NCBI GenBank assembly: GCA_910592345.1
Contig: CAJVPI010000304.1
Location: 1 to 36,091 of the forward strand
Direction: 5' to 3'
DNA from: Paraglomus brasilianum
Lineage: Eukaryota
DNA length: 36,091 nt
In this document: in pieces, positions 26,301 through 36,091 of the stretch
How positions within the stretch are numbered: the first letter of the stretch is position 1
Layout: each line of letters starts with the position of its first letter
Notes under the pieces: generated by a model
Databases searched by the model: none
Seen by the model: only the letters and a program-made list of their open reading frames with translations
What the model was told of the DNA's origin: nothing
Program-made: the position numbers and the translations under genes

Positions 26301-27890
26301 GTGCATCTCATACATTAGCGCATAGACCGCACTACACATGTTTCAAACAAATAATGCTGTACGCATTAAACAGTAGATTCGTGTATCGAATATCCGTATA
26401 TACCACTCGTTTTCATTATAACCCCATCCATTAGGGGTGTTTGTATCTAACCACCTTTAACAGGTGATCAAGAAGCATCCACTCAATCGTTGATGAGATA
26501 ATGCTTTTATAACAATCAGCGACTATTTTTGCATACAGAGCACTTTATTCGTCATTCAATTCGACCAATGCATTACACAATGCCCTTGATTTTTATGAAT
26601 ATCAATACCAATTTGACATGATACTGTTTCCCATTATGTCGCCATTGACAATCTCTTCGGCCAATTTTCTAAATTAATGAAATTGCTTGTTCTCCTGCCT
26701 GCATGTAGAGACTCATGTGAGTGTTTCATCGTCATTTCTATGAAAGGCTAAAGCGAAAAGACACATGGCTATAATTTAATCGCTAATTTTTACTTTATTT
26801 GAGTTAAAATAGTTTATTACCGTTACAGTATTTATATTAGTGTTTATACGTTAATCTTTTAGGTAGAAATAGAATAAGTGTTACATGGTGCGACTAAATA
26901 TAGGTGAACCAAATTCCAAACAAATGACATGCACGGCGGGGAGTTGACAGGCGATATGGGTAGCACAACATCAGTAATGACGAAATAACTTTAAAGAAGA
27001 GGGTCTATCCACCGTTATTTGAAGAATTGACGATTATTACATAAGAAAAAAAAAGGTAATAATAAAGGAACCATGCAACTTGTTTTTACGGATTTCCGTT
27101 CTGTGTACCGTTATGTATGCAAATTATATATAATAATAGGTTGTGTGTAACAGGCGAATTGATGCACACAAAGACATGTCCAAAAGTATATTGCAAGAAA
27201 GCATCTCGGATATTGTGTTTAATTATTCAATACGCTGTCACAACTTATGCCTTTGTCATGTCATGTATCAATATCCAGCATATTACATATGATTATGACT
27301 TACAAACTTGTTAAATTTTTACCCATCTCTTCTTTCCCGTTGGAATACATAATAAATTGTGCATATTTTATATGATACGAAGTCGGCCTAACTAATTATG
27401 GCGTATATTGTTATAGGTGAACTGTCTTGGACAAAGTACTGAACACTCTAGCTTTCTAATTTGTCCAAAAATATACATAATAATAATAAAGGCTAAACCC
27501 CATTTATTAAATACTCCGGGTATTAATAAAACGCATGCTGTTCACACATATTCTCTTTGCAAACCATGTAAAAACGGGTTATTTGTCTGTAGTGTTAAAA
27601 GCTGCTTAAACCATATTCAAGAAGTCGCGTTGAAAAGTTGCTGAAATAAGATTTCATATATCATTCAGCTGTCAAACATGGAAGTGAGGGTTAATGGTGT
27701 TAGTGTGAGGTTGTGGCAAAGGCCTATAAAAGTAGTAATAAAATAAATCACTTACCACATTCAAATATTTTAATCAATAGCCATTTTAAATTTAGAAGAC
27801 AGTTGTTTTAAGATGTTGGTATTAGTATACCAATTCATACTATAAAAAAGAATATATTGAAAAAAAAATTTTTTTTTGTTTAATTGGCCC

Positions 27891-27977
27891 TGTTGTACCT
27901 CAGTTGGGGACCTGTCTCAGTTCTGGACTGAGTGACTGGGTTCTGAACTGAGACAGATCCCAAACTCGGACACAACA
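27891..27977. mobile_element. MITE-like element, copy 2 (87 bp, termini TGTTG...CAACA)
   Basis: TGTTGTACCTCAGTTGGGGACCTGTCTCAGTTCTGGACTGAGTGACTGGGTTCTGAACTGAGACAGATCCCAAACTCGGACACAACA. Near-identical to 13697-13833 but with one internal unit instead of three. Confidence 0.85.
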
Positions 27978-28439
27978 ACCCCATTGAACGTTTACGAGCA
28001 CGACTCAAAAGGCGCGTTTATTTGTAAACCGCCTAGAAAAACCAGTGTAAAGATTACTGTGTCAAAATTTTATATGATTTTATGATAAAAATAAAAATAT
28101 CTCGTATCGCATACGTACATTGATGAGGCCTATTAAACTTTGGTTCAATTTGATGCATAGACACGTTTACATTATGCAATGCAAATAGCTGATAGGTCCC
28201 AATACGGGCTTGCTTTATGAAAATACGCGGTATGAAACAGAGAGACGTGACTGTAAAATTGTTTATATAAACTTACAAAAGCTAGATTAATGGATATTAA
28301 ATTTTAGCTTTAGTTATTATGTACACTCTTGAATAATTATTAAACCTAAAGCGTCCGATACTTTGTCAGATAGTGTAAATATCTAGAACGAGACAAATTC
28401 TGTAACTTATGAATTAATATTAATATTGTAATAGTAATA

Positions 28440-28599
28440 ATTGTGACAGATTAAAACAAAATCGGATTAAAATGAAATTTTAAAATTGGGGGGGGGGGGG
28501 CAATTTCTAGGCTTTTTTTGAAATTTGTATGCTAGAAGAGTATACAGTATGTAGACCCCAAATTTATTTTAATCCAATTTCGTTTTAGTCTGCCATAAT
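28440..28599. mobile_element. Second MITE-like element (about 160 bp, about 40-bp imperfect TIRs, internal G-run)
   Basis: Left ATTGTGACAGATTAAAACAAAATCGGATTAAAATGAAATTT versus reverse complement of the right end ATTATGGCAGACTAAAACGAAATTGGATTAAAATAAATTT. The internal part resembles about 30805-30910. Confidence 0.7.
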
Positions 28600-31172
28600 A
28601 CAATGACGGTCGAATTTAAGGTATTGTCTTGCAAATGCATTATGATGGAAGCATAATTCTTAGTGCGACAATAAATTATTATAAATCGAAGCAAAATTTT
28701 CTCTTATTTCTACATGTTCCGATATTCTTTTATTCCTTTGTTCCTGATGTCTAATTACTAATTATTTGATTATTGCAATTATCTAGAATAATACACAAAT
28801 CTTATTGAATTTAACAAGAGCTGAAAATGAAGCCATCAGAGGTGAGTAACGATTTTATTGAATGTGTTAGATCGATGGCGCACATATTTTATGCGAGAGA
28901 AAAGAAAGAAAGAAACCACCGATATATGATTGGAAGTTCGGATGGATTTGGAGTCAAAAGACATTCGTCTCAAATCATTTCTCAACCTGCTTGAGAAAGT
29001 GATTAATCCGAATGGTAGAGGCCTTGCGGATCATACTATCTCACAACGACAGAAAGGTCTCTCGTTTTATATTATTTTCTCGCAGGGATCGGAAATAAAC
29101 ATTGAAAAAAAGACATTGCTATGTTTTTGGATCATTCAGATACCTCTGATCAAGCAATCGGTACTTTATCTAACATGCAGTTGAGTTCTACGTCGAGGGA
29201 GAATCGACGTGAGAAAATATCATATCTTCTATTCATAGAGATAATGTCACAAGAGAGCTTGTAAAGTACAGGCGAATGCGGTAATCGCTATTATCATAAC
29301 ATTCATAGTTTATGCATTCCAACCAGTACGGTTGCTCACATGACTACAATTCTTGCCATCCCGATATCTACAGCAAGTGCGATTCCAAAGAGTGTCGGAG
29401 ATGCAAACATACAGTAGTGTTTTTATTACTCAAAGAAAATCGGTTTATGGCTCTTCTATCTCAATCGTTAATGATCGGTTTGCAAGAAAACCTGCTTATG
29501 CTGAAAATAATTTACTTGATAATCTAACAGTTCATTGTTATGATATAGATATCCATGAAAAACGACACAATCAGGAAAAGCAAATGGACAAAACGTGACA
29601 AAAACAAACTTTCATGCCATCTTGCAACTCTTAATATAGACGACATTTGCCAATGGCGTTCAATTCAGAATACCCTCCATTTGATCCATCAGAAAAATGT
29701 CATCTTCGGAATTCTTGTAAAATGTCGCAATCGACTTCTGATCAGTCTATCTTCCATGTGGCCACATTTATCATCAACGTTGCTTGCAATATCTCGAACA
29801 TAAATGTTTTTATTGTTTAAAGTATATTAAAAATGAAATTAATTATAACGTAAATCTATTATTCCAATCACACAAATGTCTGATATGCTAATAAACCACT
29901 GTAGTATAAGCTTACTTTTATTTGAGAAACGCATATTTCCAGAACATCAGTAGGCAAAAAACGTACAGCATGTTACAAAATAGTGATGGTGAAAAGTAAT
30001 TGTATTTTTTTAATACATGCTTAAGTAAAATCAGGATCTCGAATATGGGATAATCTACAGAAAATTTTTTTTATCACCGTAACACATACTAACAGATATG
30101 TATAATAAGTAACTTATGTTCTGACGCATATGATACATTGTTTATTTATGTATAGCAAATATGAATAACATGATAATAATAAAAGAAAATTAGTGTTTCT
30201 AATTAATTATCGCGTTATCAACTAGCAGTTATTTGTTAACGCTGAATACACATAGATTCCATCGCATATATTCTCTAACACGCAGGTTTTTATTTTTGAG
30301 TAATAGAATTTTTGTTTCGCCAATTTGCATTATACCATATAAACAATTAGCAACTTTGATAAGCTACACCATCCGAATTACGAAGCATCGATCATATGAT
30401 TAATAGCATTATTGCAGAAGGAAATATTTATCCACCTAATTAGTAATCTCTCTTAATAATGCACAAGAAACTAAGCGGTCATCTGACAATGTACGTAATC
30501 TTTATCGCCAACATTTTCTTTGTCCCACATATGCTCACAACCAATCCGAGACGTCGAATACACATATTCAGATGGTCGTACAGCCAAATGGACTATTTGG
30601 ACATTTATCAGAATTCTTGACTATAATAATAATAATATATCGTGCCCCTTATTGTAAGAATTTTCAGGAGGTTTAAGCCTATGCACTGCTCGATCATAGG
30701 GCTCGGAAATATGGCTAGGCTGTTGTCAAAACTCCTAAATTTGCCCACCAGATTTATTTTACCTAGATCAAACTATCGACAAAAGTAACTTCGATAATTT
30801 TTTTGGGTGCAATTTTTTAGGCTTTTGGAATTGGGTTTATAGAGAGTATATGTAGGTTCAGAGCTTGAAAGAGGACCCAAGAAGACATCAAATTTTGTTT
30901 TAATTCGTATCGTAATAGAATCAAGTAGCACATTCAGCTTTTATAACCAACAGATGCTTTGTAAATCTGGTCTTAAGGGCGATAAGATCTTGGAATAGTT
31001 TTTATTAAAGGGTAATTCAATTTTGAGTGAAGGATTAATTCAAGACATAAGCAATTTATTATATGATTGCTTAAATCATAACGAGCATATTTTATTAAAT
31101 TCATATGACTTGTCCATATATTCTTATAGATGCATAATAACAATAACTGCGAGTTATCAACTTTACCACCAG

Positions 31173-31977
31173 TTAAGAGTTGCGGTTGTTAGGTTGGTTG
31201 AGATTAATTTTGGTTAACGCCGTTGCAAAGAATTTGGCATAACCTCTTAGTTCCTCTGTAGTCTAGGAATTTATAGTTGTATTAAATGCTGTTCTAATAA
31301 TAATAACGCAAAATTGTTTGTCATAAACTTACCATTTGTGCGAGCTTTTCTCTGCCAATACCATAATTTACTACAGTTTTGCATTCATCTACAATATTGG
31401 CCGACTTTCTAACATGATAGAAAGCTGTTCCTCTTTGTAGTCTGCACCTTCTTCTGCTATTCTTCGTTTTTCCAGACGTTCCACCACCATGATAGGGTTA
31501 TATCCTGTAAAATCTAACTCTTTAGGAACTGTTCTACGTTTTTGACCGAGCCGTAATCTTGAAAAAGACGTTGAAATAGCTGGCTCGTTCGGAGACTGTT
31601 AATCGAGTGATATAAACGTATTTTAGTTGTACCGATATTTTAAAGTTAATCAGAACAGATGGAGCAATTCTTACCATAGTTGCTAATTCTTTTCTATCAA
31701 TGTCATCCTTTGTAACGAAACCTATGTCATTTTTATTGCAGTCTCCGACGTGGATTAACTCTTTTGACGAATTTTCTAAAATGTCGACAGAGTTTTCCAA
31801 ACTGTCCGTTACAGGTAACATTTTTTTACACTTTGAACAGTCTTTTTTCACCGATTTTTTCGTTCTGGTTGATTTCTTATCAACTACCATGACTGCACTT
31901 TTTCCCGTAAAATCTAACTTTGCAGGTGCAGGAATCTTTGACTTACGTCCACGATTACGGCGAATCATCGATGACAT
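31173..31977 (-). pseudogene. Unknown basic protein gene with an internal tandem duplication; one frameshift in exon 2 (pseudogene or assembly indel)
   Basis: Exons 31977-31675 (101 codons, ends ELATM|GTAAGA), 31595-31333 (263 nt, ends KLAQM|GTAAGT), 31262-31173 (TTEELRGYAKFFATALTKINLNQPNNRNS*). Exons 1 and 2 share LDFTG...MVV...TKxS...C...LAxM. Exon 2 is one base short of a multiple of three and, as written, stops at a premature TAG. Confidence 0.7.
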
Positions 31978-32656
31978 AGTTTAAGATGACGGCTGCTGGA
32001 GTCACTATTTATAACGCACGTATCGTTACACGATGTATGATCGGAATGTGACGTCTTAACAATCACGTATAAATAGTAAATGAATCCTAATATATAGTGC
32101 TTTCTTGGGACACTTGCGCTTATAAGCTCAACCATAAACGTCTATCCGTTGAAACAACCATTTTTAATAAAACTATATTAGAATAACTGTCTTCATTGAA
32201 TCAATAATAATGATCACTTAGTACAGTGAAATAAACTCCATTATAGCACAAGTTTCCACTCGAAACATTTTTTTACCCAACTTTACAGACACTTAGTTTG
32301 TTGGGCATTTTTTTTCAAATGTATTTAGAAAGTTTTCTAGGATTACATTTTCGAAACAGCTCTCTATTAATCAAAACACTTCTCGTTGAGGAGGGCTTTG
32401 AGCACTTCTATGGTTAGTTTTTAATAATTGCTTGGCACACTTGGCCAATGTGTATTAGGTATATACTGTACGTGCAAAATATATTTATTATAACTATAAT
32501 CAAATTAATTTCTTACTTGAGATACACTACTACTAATACTGTAGATTTTGTTGCAAATCAGGTATTTTATCATAGCCAATAAGAAATTTCGATTCGAATT
32601 CTGACATTTTGCTACACACAACACACTCTTAACTTCCCACTTGCCCCGACGGACAA

Positions 32657-33412
32657 ATGTCAGATCAACAACACAAAAGCAAAGGAACTGAAACTGTCAA
32701 GGATACTGCAAAGCCAAGAAAGAAGAAAGCAAGCCAGGATACTGATAGAATAGAGAATACTAATTCAAAACGGGAGGACATATTATTAGAATCGCTACTA
32801 AAGTAACAATATATATTCAATATATCTCGTAAACGTTAAATAAGTGTATTGACCGCTCGCTGTTACTAGAGACTACAACGCTGCCTCATCTGGACCTTCA
32901 AAATGTCCCGTTCCATGCTGCAACCAACGACTGACTGCTACAAGCTTCAAGTGCCAACATTGTAATATGGAATACTGTATCAAGCACCGGTAAGCATGTG
33001 TGGTAATCGTGAATAGTGAACAGAAATCACAATAGTTGTCTATCTTAGATTGGTTGGAGTTTGATTTAAATCTTGGCTTTTTGAGCTCTATCAAGACTTG
33101 CGAAACCCATCGATCTCTCTAGTTTTTGTTCTTTATCTCCTCTTGCTTTCTTTCATTCGCGCCATCTCCCTACGTAGTCTCCCTGAATCACACTCGCTAA
33201 ACTGCGCAGATAAAGCGAAAAGAGCCGCGCACTCTGTATTTCAACGGGAATCAATGGTCGTGCTTACTGCAGAGAGACAAAATCCTGGTATTACGAATTC
33301 AAGAAATTTCAGCGCCGCGAGGACTAAGGAGGATATAAAGAAGCGGTATAAAGAGAGATTGGAGCAAACGAAACAAGAACGGACCGTTGGAAAGAAAAAA
33401 GGCAAAAAGTGA
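32657..33412 (+). CDS. Small AN1-type zinc-finger protein (about 166 aa), similar in layout to the C-terminal region of IGHMBP2/SMUBP-2
   Basis: Exons 32657-32802, 32870-32989, 33178-33412 (501 nt, GT-AG). AN1 pattern CPVPCCNQRLTATSFKCQHCNMEYCIKHRLPESHSLNC is assembled across intron 2. Basic NLS-like KPRKKK upstream; Lys/Arg-rich helical tail ending GKKKGKK*. Confidence 0.88.
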
Positions 33413-35591
33413 GGCTGAATATGGACGAACTTTAAAATGGTAGAATGGCTAGGATGACCATAGGATGTAATAAAGGGGAGTGCTGATGTCAGCACACAGT
33501 AGGAATGAGTTGCTGCATTATCTACCTTTTAACCTATGGACGGGTGGGATGTTTAATTTCTATGACCAAAAATGTAATATGCGAAATATCTAATGCTTAC
33601 TTATACGTGAGCTACCTATTCGTATTCGGCGTAATTACGAACTAGCTCTGCTTATAATCTTGTTTTGACATCGTGAATTGTGGAAGATACGGTTTTGTAA
33701 TTTGCTTACTAAGAGCTTATTATGGGCGTTATTATCAAGTTTGTATTTTTATTATTTAGAAATTTAGAAAATGTATTCGATGTATAGAATAGGCAGACTT
33801 TATTAACTGCGATTATTCGGGTGTTGGTGTTAGGTTTTAAGATAGCGAACGAGGTAATTCGGAATCATTGAAGTGTCTTTTTTTCTGCACTAATCATGGG
33901 GAGCTTAGGAAGCTTAGAATATGGAGAATTGATCCAATGTGCATCTTATTACTTGGAGTGACAATAATCATAAAAGGGCATATTTGTTACTCGAAGCACA
34001 TTTGTAGAAAGACTATAACAGAATTATTAAACTATTACTTTATTAGACAAGAAAGTGGTAACTTATAAACTAGCGGAAGTGAAACAAATACAACTGGTAT
34101 ATTATTCTCAATTAATCAATTCCCAAGAATTGTAAGTAAACCTTGTAAGTGCTTACAATTTTGTAATTGATATTTGTCCTACAACACGTTGCCCACAAAA
34201 CTTTGCCACAGGTTGACGGGCTGGAAGATGTATGACTGATCTAAAAAATAAGATTTCCTTTTCCAGAAAATGATATACTGTAAATCGCGACAATAATTAC
34301 AGCGACTTTTTATTTTTGGGCCAACGCAATACTTTCAAATTCTATAGTGTGCTAAAAATCCATTGACGATGATAATGTAACCCGTCGCCTACACGATCAT
34401 GCAAGTAGAAGTAAATTAAAGTATAATAACAATCTAATAAATGGCGAAGTAAATTTTGAACACTTACCATCCAGATGAAAGAACTGGCGAAGCTAGGATT
34501 AACAAACTTCAGACATTAGAAGCAATCGTTAATAATATTACCATTAGAATTTTGCACGTTTATGAAATGTGTTTATATCAGGTATGATGTAATATTTATT
34601 CCAATAAAAAGAAAGTATATCTTACGTGCCATGACCGATTATAATAAAATAGTTCTATTAATCAAACAAAGCGCTGCTTAAAAGGCAAAATTAAATCTTG
34701 GGTTAGAAGAGTATAAGTACACCAACATCAGTAGTCAAATACAAGTGGGTCTCGATTATAACCAATGTGTTTGTTAGATTATTATTATTGCAGAACGTGG
34801 TAGAATACGGGTCCGTATTATTTCACCGACAATCATTTCACCGTAGTATTTATTGCAGTATATCATTACTTTATCCTTTCCCAATTATGCTTTGTATTAT
34901 ACTTTATCTTGATTAAAAGAGAAAATTTATAATCATTTTGGAGTTGTCAATAAAAATAAAATGCTGCGGCACATTTGTTCATTCTTATAAATAGACGCAT
35001 GGTACGGAGGGTGGAGGGTGGGCGAAGGTACGTCGGTTATGCATAACAGTATATATATAATTGGTCGCATAAAATTTTACCAGAAAAGGTAATAGAAGGT
35101 TAGTGCGGAATATTGATTTGGGAAAAGATGTTCGTAAACGACGAATGAAAATATATAATCGACATATAAGGTTAAGATTGCGCATCAAGTGATGAAGGCG
35201 AAAATTTACTATACGGTAAAGGTTTGGTGTCTTTTTTAATAGAGATGGTCCCTCTCAAAATAGACCCCAAAAATTGTTATCTACCAATGAGCGATGATAT
35301 CTTTCATGTGATATTGGGCAACAAATGATCTGCACAAATTTGGGGGTCGAATCAAAGTCTACATGGAGTGACCCCTATATTAATCAACTTTAAACTTGCT
35401 ATAGTGCAGTAGTAGTAGTGAACGATTTTACTAATGTACTTGAAATAAAAATTATCAAGATACGTAGAGAAGGCCGCTGAGAAGATGCCTATGCAAAAAT
35501 CTTATTTTGTGCAATCAGACCATTTACCATCATTTTGATAGTCCAGTCCCCATATATAGTGACGCAAATCATATTCGACACAGACAATATA

Positions 35592-35615
35592 TACAGTGTG
35601 TCTCAAAAAAAAAGG
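35592..35615 (+). mobile_element. Possible Tc1/mariner-type terminal sequence (single end)
   Basis: TA|CAGTGTGTCTCAAAAA resembles common Tc1/mariner TIR starts with a TA target site. No partner end found in the window. Confidence 0.25.
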
Positions 35616-36091
35616 GGGTTTCCACAATTATAGATAAATTTAGGCTCATTTGAAAGATTATGAGCTGCTTTATTAATGAAAAAATTTTCAATATGTAATT
35701 CTATTGCTGTTGTGTTGTAAAATTAGTTCACATCTCCGCCCATAAACAAAATACTCTTCTTGAGGGATTTACGGACCGGTCTTTCTCCGTGTTTATGCCA
35801 TCTACGGATTTTGTTACGAAAAAGATCGAAAACTGTTTCAGTAATATTGTATGTTGCCAATCATCATTCATGTGAGCTTGTGCCTACATCATTCTTGCTT
35901 CTGTTGTATGTCAGATCGGAATATATGGTATACTAAATTTAATCATTGTAAATATGCTTTAGTTACTAAAAACGTTAATGATTTCTCTTCTAGTGAGAAA
36001 AATTGAAAGATGAGGGGTATTAAAATAGCATTGTGTAAGAATGCTTTGAACTACAGAAGACGTTAGCGCTTGTCTTTTCTATTTGTAGGCA

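Noticed and set aside
28930..29803. Cluster of short ORFs; hydrophobic minus-strand fragments hinting at a decayed membrane protein
   Set aside because: Multiple stops, no consistent frame and no diagnostic motif; a BLASTX search would be needed.
34330..34590. Exon-like minus-strand segment with a GTAAGT donor near 34467
   Set aside because: No start-to-stop model without internal stops could be assembled.

Overview
AT-rich, intron-containing eukaryotic DNA, most consistent with a Glomeromycota/Mucoromycota-type fungus (inferred from short GT-AG introns, a degenerate TKL-type kinase and a Crinkler N-terminal relic). Gene models were built by hand from splice signals and frame continuity. Contents: (1) a frameshifted protein kinase pseudogene at the left edge; (2) an 18-exon SH3-WW-PH-RhoGAP gene (1796-6681, +) with 8-nt and 16-nt micro-exons and an in-frame TGA in exon 12; (3) about 13 kb with no intact gene I could find, holding a 14-bp minisatellite, several small inverted-repeat (MITE-like) elements and a decapitated Crinkler N-terminal domain; (4) a 3-exon, four-finger C2H2 transcription factor (-) followed by about 10 kb of non-coding upstream DNA; (5) a divergent pair made of an unknown, internally duplicated, frameshifted gene (-) and a small AN1 zinc-finger gene (+) resembling the isolated C-terminal module of IGHMBP2. 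No CRISPR array, rRNA or convincing tRNA was seen. I found no clearly new multi-gene system. The best leads are the in-frame stop between PH and RhoGAP, the helicase-less IGHMBP2-like protein, the TGTTG...CAACA mini-element family and the duplicated orphan gene.
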